A DNA stretch of 64,000 bases from Dehalococcoidia bacterium (lineage in GTDB: Bacteria > Chloroflexota > Dehalococcoidia > Lucifugimonadales > UBA3495), in assembly GCA_030740155.1 (NCBI GenBank), contig JASLXV010000069.1:64001-128000 (forward strand). The letters run 5' to 3'. The number at the start of each line of letters is the position of its first letter. Position 1 is the first letter of the stretch. Both the position numbers and the translations under genes were made by a program. Of the stretch, positions 20,863-31,249 are shown piece by piece. The notes beneath the pieces were generated by a model. The model did no database searches and was not told the DNA's origin. It was given only the letters and a program-made list of their open reading frames with translations.

Positions 20863-22395
20863 TCATGGGCTGCTGGACGCCGTCAAGTTCAGCGCGCTGA
20901 CCCCGCCTGCCTTCCAGATAGCGGTCTCCGCCGCGTCGAAATCGCCCACCCGGAACGTGAGGGTCTCGCCGGCGAAGGACTCGGCCCCGTACTGAGGTAT
21001 CGTCAGGACGAAACTGCCGTTGCTAACCGTGCCCTCGTCCAGCGGTTCCAGGAATGCCGCAAGCCAAGCGGTGACAACGGTGCCGTCCGAGGCGGGGAGG
21101 CCGTCGATGGTGGCCGTACCCGCGAACGCGTTGGGCAGGACATCGGTCCGGGCCGGAGGCAAGGGCGCCGGCGCCGGTGTCGCGGTTGGCTCCGGAATGG
21201 GGGTAGCCGTCGGCGCCGGTGTCAGCGTGGGTGTCGGCATCGGGGTGGCCGTGGGCATCGGCGTGGCGGTGGGTGCCGGCGTGGCTGTGGGTGCCGGCGT
21301 GGCTGTGGTCGCCGGAGTGGGCTCAAGTGTCGGGACCGGTGTCGGGTCCGGCGTCGGGTCCGGCGTCGGTTCCGGTGTCGGAGCGGGCTCCGGCGTATCG
21401 TCGGGCTCCGGGGTGTCGTCGGGTTCCTGGTCCTCCTCCTCGGGAGACGGGCCTGCCGTGGCGGCCGGTGGCACGGGGGTATCCGGCGGCGGTGATGTTG
21501 GAGCAGGTGTCGGCGGCACAAGGGTAGGCGCCGGTGACGGCGCCGGTAGAGCGGTCGGGGCCGGAACCGGAGTTGGAAGCAGCGTGGGCTGCGGCGCCGC
21601 CGTGGCCACCGGTTGGGGCGCCGGGGTAGCGGTGGGTGGAGAAACCGCGGTGGGCGTCGGAGGGATCACTTGAGGCGTCGGGATCGGAACCTCGCCGGTC
21701 TTGGCCTCCGGAATCTCGGTGAACACGGCCGTCTCGGCCCGGACCATGAGTTTCGGCTCGGTTGGTGCGGTCTCGGCCGTGACCGTGCTCTTCTCCTCGT
21801 CGATCAGGACCTGGGTGCCCAGGTCGTTCTCCAGCTCGCAGACCCCGCGGAAGCACTGCACCTCCGCCTCGCCTTTATCCGGGTCGTATTTGACGCTCAT
21901 CCAGGTGCCGCGAGGGGAAGCCGTGCCGGCCGGGGTTACCACTTGGACCGGCCTCTGCCCTTCCCGGAAACCCTCGTCGATGAGGAAGATCTTGCCCTGG
22001 CTGAGTTCGATGATGATGTCCTGGTCCAACGCGAACCGGCCGAGACGCCAGACGGTGTCGGGAGTCGTTCTGGTGACCCGGATGAACTCGCGGACGGCTA
22101 TGTCTACCCGGGCCTCACTGTCGGGAAAGGTCTTGACGGCGTCACCGGGGAACAGGTTCTGCCCCACCGCCGTTGGCAGAAAGTTGGACGCGCCGGCGCC
22201 GGGATCGCGGAGCAGGTCCGTTTCCACCTGGTTGACGATCTCTTCCACGGAGATGCTGGCCTCTTCCGGCTCCGTCCCGCCACCGCCGGTGGCCAAGACA
22301 AGCACAATCAAGGCGATGACAACGGCGGCGGCGGCGATGCCAGAAGCTATGAACGGTAGACGGCGACGGAGCGGCGCGGGTATCTCGTTAACCAT
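20863..22395 (-). CDS. Membrane-anchored FecR-domain protein with long Pro/Thr linker and C-terminal beta-rich domain
   Basis: N-terminal TM helix; FecR-like GDAVKT...LSQGKI...VVTPAGTASPRGT...VQCFRGVCEL; PTATP repeats; start overlaps the cyclase stop (ATGGTTAA). Confidence 0.85.
   Translation of the reverse strand: MVNEIPAPLRRRLPFIASGIAAAAVVIALIVLVLATGGGGTEPEEASISVEEIVNQVETDLLRDPGAGASNFLPTAVGQNLFPGDAVKTFPDSEARVDIAVREFIRVTRTTPDTVWRLGRFALDQDIIIELSQGKIFLIDEGFREGQRPVQVVTPAGTASPRGTWMSVKYDPDKGEAEVQCFRGVCELENDLGTQVLIDEEKSTVTAETAPTEPKLMVRAETAVFTEIPEAKTGEVPIPTPQVIPPTPTAVSPPTATPAPQPVATAAPQPTLLPTPVPAPTALPAPSPAPTLVPPTPAPTSPPPDTPVPPAATAGPSPEEEDQEPDDTPEPDDTPEPAPTPEPTPDPTPDPTPVPTLEPTPATTATPAPTATPAPTATPMPTATPMPTPTLTPAPTATPIPEPTATPAPAPLPPARTDVLPNAFAGTATIDGLPASDGTVVTAWLAAFLEPLDEGTVSNGSFVLTIPQYGAESFAGETLTFRVGDFDAAETAIWKAGGVSALNLTASSSP
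21165..21425 (-). repeat. Coding tandem repeats (PTATPA/PTATPM, PTPD, PEPDDT)
   Basis: 18-bp and 12-bp units such as GGCGTGGCTGTGGGTGCC and GTCGGGTCCGGC. Confidence 0.8.
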
Positions 22396-24415
22396 GCGGC
22401 CGCCCGGGGTCGCCATTCCCCTCAACCAGGGTGGCGGCCTGAAGATCGACCACTTCGTAAAGATCGACCGGCTGGCGGCGGCCTCTAACCTCCACCGGTC
22501 CCAGGGACCGTACCCGGCACATGTGATTGACCAAGGCCTGGGTGGCGCCGCTGATCAGGACGGATACCCCATACTCCTTGGTCAAGTCCTGCAACCGCGA
22601 CGCCAGGTTCACGGTGTCACCGATTACGGTGTAGTCCATCTTCCTCGGCGAGCCGATGTTGCCCACCACCGCCTGACCAGTATGCATCGCGATCCCGATC
22701 CTCAAGGAGGTTTTCGCCAGTTCCCGCCAGCGGTCCTCCAGCTCACCCAGCCGGTCCCGCATCTCCAGGGCCGCCAGCACCGCCCGTTCCGGATCGTTGT
22801 CGTGGGCCTGGGGTGCCCCGAAGAACGCTAGGATAGCATCCCCTTCAAACTTGTCAACGGTCCCCCCGTGGCGGAAGATGATATCCGTCATCAGGGTCAG
22901 GTATTCGTTGAGCAGGTCGACGACTTCCTCCGGGCTCAGCTGCTCCGAAATGGTGGTGAACCCTCGTATGTCGGAGAACAGTACCGTCAGATCGGCGCGC
23001 CGCCCTCCCAGCCGGGCGGCAGCCGGATTCTTTAGCATCTCTTTCACGGTCCACGGGGACAGGTACCGGGACAGCATCGACCGGGCCTGCTGTTTTTCCA
23101 GTTGCTCGATGCCGACCCGGTCGGTGAGGGCAAAGGCGAACCCCACAAGCAGGGCGGTTAGAGGCGCGGTGATGGGCAGGAAATAATCGGCCCACACAAA
23201 CGGTCCAATCCACGCGCCGAACAGCCCGGCCACCAGCGCCGCCATACCGCCGAACCCAAACAGTGGTCTGACGAAACGGCCCAAGGCAACTGCGCCAAAA
23301 CCCAGTACCACAACGATCAGGACCACCTGATAACGCGCCGGGCCGCCGATGAAGGAGCCACTCAATAGCGTGTCGGCGGCGGCGGCGTGGAACTCGACCC
23401 CCGCCATCCGGTTGGTGCCGGAAAACGGGGTGGGCAGCATGTCCTCGATGCTGGGGTCGGTGACCCCGATGAAAACGATCTTGTCTCTGAGCCGGCCGGA
23501 AAAATCCTCCTCACTCTTGAGCACGTCGCGGGCGACGAATGTCTGGTGGGTACCCGGCGGGCCGGGGAAATTAACCAGGAACTGGCCGCCGGAGACCTTC
23601 ACCAGAAGGTCCGGTGCTATCGGGACGTCGCCGTTGGGCGCCGGCGCCGCGGGCAAGCCGGTCCCTTTGAGCTGGGCGGCGGCCACCAGCGCGAGCCCGT
23701 AGACGAAGTTCCCATCCTTGTCTCGCCCGTAGGGTAAGTACCGCCGGAGCACGCCGTCGGCATCGGGCCTGATCCCGACCAAACCAATGGACCCTCCGGA
23801 CGCGGCCGCCAGCTCCCGGTACGGCTCCGTTACCCCCGCCACCCCTATTCCCGATACGGCTTGGCCCGCCAGGACCACGGCCACCCCGCTGTCGACGGCC
23901 CTCCTGACCGCGCGGGCCAACTCCAAGTCCTGCGCCCTAGCGGAGTCGGCGCCCGCGACGATGCGATCAAAGCCGGGAGTGCCCGGACCGATCACCTGGG
24001 TCCCCTCGCGGGTTTGAATCTGAAGTGGGGTTCCGGAGAGGACCTGGTAGAGAAACGGCTGGATTTCGGCGAACTGCTCCCCGGTTATCACGGTCTCGCT
24101 GTTGCTCTCTTCCGAATAAAGAATATCGACCGCGATGACGGCCGGCCGGTACTGGCTAACCTGGTCTATGAGCCGGGCAACCAGGCTTCGTGGCCACGGC
24201 CACCGGGGGGCGCCCCGCTCGAAATCCTGCTGCGAAATAGCAACGATGGCTACCTCGGGCCGGGGCTCCCTGATGTCCCGCCACTGGAACGCCCGGTCCA
24301 GGAAAAACAGGTCGGGGCGCTCCATGACTTCGAACACCGACAACAGGGAAACGGCGAGGACCAAGGGAACGCTGTATACAAGAAACAACCTCTTCAGTGA
24401 AAAGACGGTTAGCAA
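22388..24415 (-). CDS. CHASE2-domain class III adenylate cyclase
   Basis: CHASE2 (VAIVAI, WPWPRSLVARLI, DADGVLRR, GVEFHAAA), three TM helices, cyclase LFSDIRGFT, DKFEGDA, DYTVIGDTVNLASRL. Confidence 0.94.
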   Translation of the reverse strand: MLTVFSLKRLFLVYSVPLVLAVSLLSVFEVMERPDLFFLDRAFQWRDIREPRPEVAIVAISQQDFERGAPRWPWPRSLVARLIDQVSQYRPAVIAVDILYSEESNSETVITGEQFAEIQPFLYQVLSGTPLQIQTREGTQVIGPGTPGFDRIVAGADSARAQDLELARAVRRAVDSGVAVVLAGQAVSGIGVAGVTEPYRELAAASGGSIGLVGIRPDADGVLRRYLPYGRDKDGNFVYGLALVAAAQLKGTGLPAAPAPNGDVPIAPDLLVKVSGGQFLVNFPGPPGTHQTFVARDVLKSEEDFSGRLRDKIVFIGVTDPSIEDMLPTPFSGTNRMAGVEFHAAAADTLLSGSFIGGPARYQVVLIVVVLGFGAVALGRFVRPLFGFGGMAALVAGLFGAWIGPFVWADYFLPITAPLTALLVGFAFALTDRVGIEQLEKQQARSMLSRYLSPWTVKEMLKNPAAARLGGRRADLTVLFSDIRGFTTISEQLSPEEVVDLLNEYLTLMTDIIFRHGGTVDKFEGDAILAFFGAPQAHDNDPERAVLAALEMRDRLGELEDRWRELAKTSLRIGIAMHTGQAVVGNIGSPRKMDYTVIGDTVNLASRLQDLTKEYGVSVLISGATQALVNHMCRVRSLGPVEVRGRRQPVDLYEVVDLQAATLVEGNGDPGRPHG

Positions 24416-24489
24416 CTTAGCGTTGACCTCGTTTCATTCCAGAGCATCTACGATATCCCGGATCGTCGAACCTATGCGGTTCCACGACA

Positions 24490-24673
24490 TAAGCATAAAC
24501 TGACCTTGTTCAAAACTTCAAGCCGATTCGGAACGAGTGGGTGACGGCACGCCGGAGTCAGGGTCCAGGACCTTCCGCCCCCCCTGACCCCGCGTTCGGA
24601 TGGCCACCGTCGAAACCCGGCGGCATGGCCCCGAGGGCCGGCTTCCCTTGACCGCCTACGGCGTCTATGCTTA
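24490..24673 (-). ncRNA. Candidate 6S-like rod-shaped RNA (184 nt); minus strand favoured
   Basis: 11-bp closing stem TAAGCATAGAC/GTTTATGCTTA, inner stems AAGCCGG/TCGGCTT and GGGGTCAGGG/CCCTGACTCC, central bubble; several A-C mismatches on + are G-U pairs on -. Confidence 0.5.
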
Positions 24674-24787
24674 ACTCTAGCTACCACGACTGCCGCGATG
24701 GGATCGCGTTCTTGGCGGAATAGCGACCGGGCCTCGACCACCGAAAGTGGCTGAAAAGGGCGCGGTTGAAAGGGAGGTAATTACCAG

Positions 24788-25774
24788 GTGATAGTAGCGG
24801 TGCTTGACGATTACCAGGGAATCGCCGTCCGAATGGCCGATTGGACCAGCCTGCCTAAAGGGACCGAGGTCCAGTTCTTCCTGGACCACCTAGCCGACGA
24901 GGATGGCCTGGCCGAGCGGCTCGCCGAATTCGATGTGGTTGCGGGTATGCGGGAGCGTACGCCGTTCCCACGTTCCTTGCTGAACCGGCTTCCGAATCTA
25001 CGCCTGCTGGTGACCACCGGCCGCCGCAACGCATCCTTCGACACCCAAGCGGCCACCGAGTTGGGCATTGTGGTCTGCGGGACCGGCGGGGCCGGGGAAG
25101 GCCCCACGGAGCTGACCTGGGGCTTGATCATCGGCCTGCTTCGGCACATTCCCCTGGAGGACCGGCTCACCCGCCAGGGCAAGTGGGGCAACACCGTCGG
25201 CATCGGTCTCCGAGGCAAGACCCTGGGCCTGCTGGGACTGGGCCACATCGGCTCACTGGTGGCCCGGGTGGGCAACGCCTTCGGCATGGATGTCATCGCT
25301 TGGAGCCAGAATTTGACCGCCCAACGCGCCGCGGAGTGCGCCGCTACCCTGGTGGACAAGGATACCCTGTTCCGCGATTCGGATGTCGTATCCGTTCACC
25401 TGGTGCTCAGCGACCGCACCCGTGGGCTGGTTGGGGCCCATGAGCTGGGCTTGATGAAGCCCACCGCCTACCTGGTCAACACCTCTAGGGGCCCCATCGT
25501 CGACGAGGCGGCACTGGTCGACCTGCTGCAACGCGGGGCCATCGCCGGGGCGGCGCTGGACACCTTCGACGTGGAGCCTCTGCCGCCGATGCACCCGTTC
25601 TTGGCCCTACCAAATACCGTCCTCGCCCCCCACAACGGCTACGTGACCGAAGAGGCCTACCTGGCCTTCTACGCCGGGATTGTGGAAGACATCACCTCTT
25701 TCGCCGGCGGAAACCCGGTCCGGGTGCTGAATCCCGAGGTCTTGAACTCGCCCCAACTGCGGGGACCCGGCTAG
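24788..25774 (+). CDS. D-isomer-specific 2-hydroxyacid dehydrogenase
   Basis: AVLDDYQ, MRERTPF, GLLGLGHIG, NTSRGPIVDE, DTFDVEP, APHNGY. Confidence 0.93.
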   Translation: MIVAVLDDYQGIAVRMADWTSLPKGTEVQFFLDHLADEDGLAERLAEFDVVAGMRERTPFPRSLLNRLPNLRLLVTTGRRNASFDTQAATELGIVVCGTGGAGEGPTELTWGLIIGLLRHIPLEDRLTRQGKWGNTVGIGLRGKTLGLLGLGHIGSLVARVGNAFGMDVIAWSQNLTAQRAAECAATLVDKDTLFRDSDVVSVHLVLSDRTRGLVGAHELGLMKPTAYLVNTSRGPIVDEAALVDLLQRGAIAGAALDTFDVEPLPPMHPFLALPNTVLAPHNGYVTEEAYLAFYAGIVEDITSFAGGNPVRVLNPEVLNSPQLRGPG

Positions 25775-25889
25775 CCCCAGGGTTGCCCGGAGACCATCGC
25801 TCAGGCACTACCTACCTGCCTCGGAGAAGCGGGCGCCCGGAGGGCTACTTCCCGATGCACGGGACTCAAACAGCTCCAGGAGGAACTAG

Positions 25890-26855
25890 TTGAAAGCGGT
25901 ACGCATTAACGAATTCGGCGACGTAGACGTGCTCCAGTGGGAGGAAGTACCGGACCCCAAGCCCCGGCCCCGGCATGTTCTGATAAAGGTGGACTCCTCC
26001 GGTGTCAACTACGCCGAGGTAATGCGGCGCACTGGTAATTACCCCGGCCCGGGCTTGCCTTCTTCCATGGGACTGGAGGCCGCGGGAACCGTGGTGGAGG
26101 TGGGCAGCGAGGTTACCGACATTTCGGTGGGGCAGAAGGTAATGGCCATGGGACCCGGATGCCAGGCCGAGTACGTTACGGTGAACAGCAGCCTGGTCTT
26201 CCCCTATCCGGAAACCCTGGACCCGGTACACGCGGGAGGAATGCCGGTGGTCTTCCTCACGTCCTACCACCTGCTGAAGACCCGGGGGCAGATGCAGACT
26301 GGGGACACCGTACTGGTGCACGCCGGCGCCTCCGGAGTCGGCACGGTGGCCATTCAACTGGCCAAGGCGTGGGGCGCGAAAGTCATCGCCACGGCCTCCA
26401 CCCAGGACAAGCTGGACCTGGCCCGGTCACTGGGAGCTGACATAACCATCAACTACACCACCGACGACTTCGAGGAGGCGGTGCAGCAGGAGACCGGGGG
26501 CCAGGGTGTCGAGTTGGTCCTGGAGGCCGTCGGCGGCCCGGTGCTGGAGAAAAGCCTGCGTCTGGTGGCTCAATACGGCCGGTTGGTTACCTACGGGGCC
26601 GCTTCAGGAGAAACGGCGTCCCTTTCCGCCGCGGACATATCCGGCAGCAACCGCACCATCATCTCGTTCAGCATGGGGCGGTCTCCCGTCGGCACCCTGG
26701 ACCACAAGTCGGCCATGGCCGGCCTGTTCCAAATGATCGCCACCGGCCAGGCCCGGCTGGTAGTCGACCGGGTTCTGCCCATGGCCAACGTGGCCGAGGC
26801 CCACACGCATCTCTCCAACCGGGGCACCAGGGGCAAGGTGATCTTGACGCCGTAG
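25890..26855 (+). CDS. NADPH:quinone oxidoreductase (MDR / zeta-crystallin family)
   Basis: MKAVRI, GVNYAE, GLEAAGTV, VLVHAGASGVG, RGKVIL. Confidence 0.92.
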   Translation: MKAVRINEFGDVDVLQWEEVPDPKPRPRHVLIKVDSSGVNYAEVMRRTGNYPGPGLPSSMGLEAAGTVVEVGSEVTDISVGQKVMAMGPGCQAEYVTVNSSLVFPYPETLDPVHAGGMPVVFLTSYHLLKTRGQMQTGDTVLVHAGASGVGTVAIQLAKAWGAKVIATASTQDKLDLARSLGADITINYTTDDFEEAVQQETGGQGVELVLEAVGGPVLEKSLRLVAQYGRLVTYGAASGETASLSAADISGSNRTIISFSMGRSPVGTLDHKSAMAGLFQMIATGQARLVVDRVLPMANVAEAHTHLSNRGTRGKVILTP

Positions 26856-26856
26856 G

Positions 26857-27017
26857 CAGCGGTCAGCGGTCAGCCTTCAGCTAGGTTGCACCGTGAGAGA
26901 GTCACGCACTTGCCACGGGCGCCAGGCATTACCTGAGACCCCTCGCTTCGCTCGGGGTGACATGCAACAGTACCTAGATATTGGATTGGCTGCCGCCCTA
27001 TAGCTGATGGCTGACCG
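26857..27017. repeat. Heptamer-repeat inverted arms enclosing a GAGAnnCCTCGCTTCGCTC...TGACA cassette
   Basis: CAGCGGTCAGCGGTCAGCCTTCAGCT ... AGCTGATGGCTGACCGC; the cassette at ~26935-26961 resembles 10489-10523. Confidence 0.65.
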
Positions 27018-30000
27018 CTACTCGTACCGCAGGGCCTCGGCGGGGAAGATGCGCGAGGCCTGCAGGGCGGGCAGAAAGGTGGTGGCCAGGGAAAACAGAT
27101 AGGCCACGGCGATAATCACGCCTATCTGAACCCACGGAATGCTGAATCGGATGGACTCCACGTCATCTTGGATGTCATTGACAATATTGAACGACATGAT
27201 CGTTCCCAGGGCCACCCCGATGGCTACCCCCAGCAAGACCACGAAAGAGGACTCCAGCAGGAAGCTTAACTGGACCATGCGGCGGCGGTAGCCAATGGCA
27301 CGCATGACGCCAATGTGCTGCCGGCGCTCCACCACTGCCCGCAGGCTGACCACCCCCAAGGCGGCGATCCCCACCATCAGGCCCAAGCCCATGTAACCGG
27401 TAAAGAGATAATTGAATGCCCGGTTGGCCGCCGCCTGATCTCCCACCAACTCCGCCAGCACGTCGGTCTCCATACCGTTCTCCCGGAAGGCAGCCTCGAT
27501 GCTCCTGGCGGTCCGCGCCATATCGACCCCTTCAGCCACCTTGAACCGGTAGGTAGTGGTCGGTATGGGGAACGGGACGGTTTCATCCAACTGTCGCCTC
27601 GAGACGAACATGCCAAGGCCGATATTGCCGAAGGCGTCGGTGAGTCGGTCCATCACGCCGATGACCTTGACCCGGACCACCTGGCCCGTGCGCGGCTCCC
27701 GGACCTCTAGCTCAATGGGTGACATCTCCTCGTCTTCGTAGTAAACACCCTCCAGCTGGAAGGGAATGCCGGAGTCGCCAAAGCCGGAGCGGGTGGGCAC
27801 GACCAACGAGTCAACCACCGCCAAAGTTGGGTCATCCCGCAGGGCCTGCCAAACCTCCCGGTCCGTCTTGCCGTAGCCGTCGGCGATCAACTTCAGCCTG
27901 GACTCCGTGGCTCTCAGGAAGTCATCGCCGGCGGCCCGCACCGCGTACCTCCGCCAGCGCTGATTTTCCGCCCCCGTCTGGCGGGCCTCGACAGGTATGG
28001 CGGTGTAACCGCCGACGGCCTCGAAATCCTCCAAGAACAGATCCGGATGGTCGTCGATCGCCCCGCGAATATCCCCGATGGGGGTGTTGAAATTGACGAT
28101 GCCCTGAATGTCCCATCCGCCGGCTACCGCGTCTACGTCCGCGACCGCGGCGCTGAACGCATTGTTGAGAATGGAAATCACGATGAGGGTGAAAATGACC
28201 AGGGCGAACATGGCGAGGGTCAGACCGGTGCGGAACTTGGCGCTCATGGGATAGGCCACGGCGGTGACCAGGACGGGGCGCAACCTACCCACCCGGCCGA
28301 TGAATAAGGTCATCGCCTTCAACAGGTGGTCCGCGTTGTACATGACCGTCCAGACCGCCGCCGCCACCGTGGCGATGCCGGAGATGAAGAACATTTCGAT
28401 GCCGCTGTTGAACTCGCCGGTCACGCCGCTCAGGGTGTCGAACGGCATCAACCAGAAGGCAAGCATCAGCCCGCCGATAAAACTGTAGGCGGTGCGGTCC
28501 CGCACTTCGGCCCGAAGGGAAGTGCGCCAGAGCGCCGTCCGCAGCATCAGCCCAATCCCCACGATAGCCAGGGAGACGCCGGTCCCGAAGGGCGCCGCCT
28601 GGTCACTGGCCATGCCACCCCATGTAATCCATGCGCCCACCAAGAAGGTGAGCCAACCTTGACGCAAATAGGGCCAGGCGAAACGGAACACCGCATTAAC
28701 GAAGCCAAAACCCCAGATGGGGAAGACAGCCACCCACAGGACTGCAAGGCCCATGTTGAGGAAGAAACTCCCAAACCGGGCATGCGCCAGATTCGTCAGA
28801 CCGCGGATGAAGAAGATCGCGGGTCGAGCAACCGCCTTCAGGATGCCCAGCAGCCGCGCGGAGAGCGGCGAATCTTGCCGGACGACAATCGTTTCGGGCA
28901 ACCCTCTGATTGCAACGACGATGTTCATCCTGCTCACCCGATAGGCCGAGACGGCCACTGTGCCCAACGTGATGACCATCCCCAGGCAGTAGGCGACGAT
29001 GGCGCTGCGGACCTCGAAGTGAGGGGTCAAATGGAAGTTTTCCGGAGTGCCGGCGACGCCGTTGGCGAAGATCCAGTTGGCGATTGCCACGATTGTTGCG
29101 CTGGCCGCCAGACCCAGAAAGACCCCCACCGCGCCGGACGCCAGGGCGTAGGCCGTGCCCTCGAAGACGAACATCTGCACCAGGTGGCGGCGCTTGGCGC
29201 CCACCGCCCGCGCCATGCCCATTTCCGACCGGCGGGCCGCCGCCAGCATGACGAAGATGAGAAAGATCAGCAGCACTCCCACCATGATGGAGAACAGCCC
29301 CATGATCGCGAAGGTGCTGGTCACTCCGCTGCCCACCTGGTCTGCCAAATCCAGGACCCGCTTCTTTACATCGTGGACGCGGAACTCGCCGAGCCCGGCG
29401 AACAGGGTGTCGGCCTCTCTCTCCGCTTCGGCCAGCTTGCCGCGGCTCAGGGCTTCCAGCACGTCATCGAACACCCTTTCGTCAGCCAGGAGGCTGATAA
29501 GCCGGTCGCTCACTTCATCCCGCTGCAACACCTCGAGCAACGCCGACATATCCGGCCGGCGGTTCGCGCTCAGGGACCGCTCCCTGCTTTCCAGCGCCCT
29601 CAGCACTTCGCCTCGGCCGAGCAACTCCTTGAGCTGGGCTGCCACCGCCCGGTCGGCGAAGAGGACCCTCAACTCCCGGGTGACTTCGTCACTGAGTTCA
29701 GCCCCGGCGAAGGTGCCGCCAAGGTTGGAGACCACGATGGAGTTGATCTGGCCGTCCCGGTCGAACATGGATTGGGCGTGGTCCAAGCGTACGACCAGAG
29801 TAGGGCCGTCACCGGCCAGGCCACCCCTATCCACCACCCCCATTACCTCGATCGGCAAGCCCCGGCCGGCAACGAACACCTGTAGTACGTCTCCGGCAAC
29901 AGCCCCCAGTTCCTCGGCTGCCTCAGTGTTGATGTAGGCTTCGTCCTGACCCAAACTCTCCAGGCGGACCTCCGCTCCGGAGGCCAGGTACAGAGCGCCG

Positions 30001-30503
30001 AAGCCGCGCAACGAGGCGGGCTCCACCCCAGCAATCCGCATTTGCCCTTCTGAGAGAGACGTGCGCGTATTCACGGCGGGGGCCCACTCGCCGATCCCCG
30101 GGGACAGCCCGTCGATACTCTCCAGGCCGGTCAGCCTGTCTCTTAGCCAGAGGAAACGCTCGTAGGGTATGTAGGAGGTGCTGCCGAAACTATCTCCGGA
30201 GGTGGCCCTGGCGGAGATGATGATCTCATCGATCGGACCGAGGGCCTCCACGGCGTTGCTGCGGATGGAGTAGCTGATTGTATCGCCGGTGCCAAAGGCC
30301 GCCGCCATGATTAAGGTGCTGATCATGATGCCGACGATGATGAGGACGGTCTGGGCCATCCTTCGGGGTATATTGCGCAGGCCCAGCTTCACCATGACCG
30401 GGCTCCGCCAAGCCATCCACCCGACCACGGCCATCGACGCCAGGAAGAATGCCAAGAGGATCGCCATGATCAGGTCCATGGAGACGCCGAAAAGCTCTTC
30501 CAC
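27018..30503 (-). CDS. Large duplicated FtsX/MacB-like ABC transporter permease
   Basis: Two FtsX modules (RRSEMGMARAVGAKR; ERRQHIGVMRAIGYRR), terminal PAEALRYE. Confidence 0.92.
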   Translation of the reverse strand: MEELFGVSMDLIMAILLAFFLASMAVVGWMAWRSPVMVKLGLRNIPRRMAQTVLIIVGIMISTLIMAAAFGTGDTISYSIRSNAVEALGPIDEIIISARATSGDSFGSTSYIPYERFLWLRDRLTGLESIDGLSPGIGEWAPAVNTRTSLSEGQMRIAGVEPASLRGFGALYLASGAEVRLESLGQDEAYINTEAAEELGAVAGDVLQVFVAGRGLPIEVMGVVDRGGLAGDGPTLVVRLDHAQSMFDRDGQINSIVVSNLGGTFAGAELSDEVTRELRVLFADRAVAAQLKELLGRGEVLRALESRERSLSANRRPDMSALLEVLQRDEVSDRLISLLADERVFDDVLEALSRGKLAEAEREADTLFAGLGEFRVHDVKKRVLDLADQVGSGVTSTFAIMGLFSIMVGVLLIFLIFVMLAAARRSEMGMARAVGAKRRHLVQMFVFEGTAYALASGAVGVFLGLAASATIVAIANWIFANGVAGTPENFHLTPHFEVRSAIVAYCLGMVITLGTVAVSAYRVSRMNIVVAIRGLPETIVVRQDSPLSARLLGILKAVARPAIFFIRGLTNLAHARFGSFFLNMGLAVLWVAVFPIWGFGFVNAVFRFAWPYLRQGWLTFLVGAWITWGGMASDQAAPFGTGVSLAIVGIGLMLRTALWRTSLRAEVRDRTAYSFIGGLMLAFWLMPFDTLSGVTGEFNSGIEMFFISGIATVAAAVWTVMYNADHLLKAMTLFIGRVGRLRPVLVTAVAYPMSAKFRTGLTLAMFALVIFTLIVISILNNAFSAAVADVDAVAGGWDIQGIVNFNTPIGDIRGAIDDHPDLFLEDFEAVGGYTAIPVEARQTGAENQRWRRYAVRAAGDDFLRATESRLKLIADGYGKTDREVWQALRDDPTLAVVDSLVVPTRSGFGDSGIPFQLEGVYYEDEEMSPIELEVREPRTGQVVRVKVIGVMDRLTDAFGNIGLGMFVSRRQLDETVPFPIPTTTYRFKVAEGVDMARTARSIEAAFRENGMETDVLAELVGDQAAANRAFNYLFTGYMGLGLMVGIAALGVVSLRAVVERRQHIGVMRAIGYRRRMVQLSFLLESSFVVLLGVAIGVALGTIMSFNIVNDIQDDVESIRFSIPWVQIGVIIAVAYLFSLATTFLPALQASRIFPAEALRYE

Positions 30504-31249
30504 TACTCTTCGGCCGCCACGGGCGACTCGGCGTCATTTCCCGCTCCCCGCGACTCGCCGGACCCATTCCCGTCGTCCACGATGGCTCCGTCCCGCATCC
30601 GCACGATGCGGTGCGCCCGCGCGCCCACCTCGGCGGCGTGGGTAACCAGCACGAAGGTCTGGCCGTTGGTCTGGTTCAGCTCACACATGAGGTCGATGAT
30701 TTCCCCCGCCGTCTCGCTGTCCAGGTCGCCGGTGGGCTCGTCGGCCCAGACTATGGAGGGTCCGTTCACCAGGGCCCGAGCCACGGTCACCCGCTGCCTC
30801 TGGCCCCCGGAAAGCTCGGCGGGCAGGTGTTGGGCCCGGTCGGACAGACCCACCTGGTCCAGCATCTCCAAGGACCTGCGGCGGGCCTCTCTAGAGCCGA
30901 TGCCGGAGACCAGAAGCGGCATCTCCACGTTCTCCAAGGAGCTGAGGACCGGAAGGAGGTTGTACAGCTGGAACACGAACCCCATCTGCCGGGCCCGGTA
31001 ATCGCTGCGTTCGTCGTCGGGAAGGCCGTGAAGAACCACTCCGTCGATCAGCACCTGGCCGGAGTCGATCTCGTCCAGGCCGGAGAGGCAGTTGAGGAGG
31101 GTGGTCTTGCCGCATCCGCTGGGCCCCATAATGGCGACCATCTCGCCGCGCCGCACCCGCAGGTCCACTCCCTTCAGGGCGTGAACCTTCACCGTGCCGG
31201 TGTCGTAGATCTTTTGAATTCCAGTGGCGAGAACGATCGGTTCCCCCAT
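30503..31249 (-). CDS. ABC transporter ATP-binding protein (LolD/MacB type)
   Basis: [46 protein letters not shown] before ATG 31249. Confidence 0.95.
   Translation of the reverse strand: MGEPIVLATGIQKIYDTGTVKVHALKGVDLRVRRGEMVAIMGPSGCGKTTLLNCLSGLDEIDSGQVLIDGVVLHGLPDDERSDYRARQMGFVFQLYNLLPVLSSLENVEMPLLVSGIGSREARRRSLEMLDQVGLSDRAQHLPAELSGGQRQRVTVARALVNGPSIVWADEPTGDLDSETAGEIIDLMCELNQTNGQTFVLVTHAAEVGARAHRIVRMRDGAIVDDGNGSGESRGAGNDAESPVAAEE

Noticed and set aside
24555..24595. TCAGG...GGAAGG on the minus strand as SRP RNA helix 8
   Set aside because: The conserved AGCAG partner strand of the SRP symmetric loop is missing.
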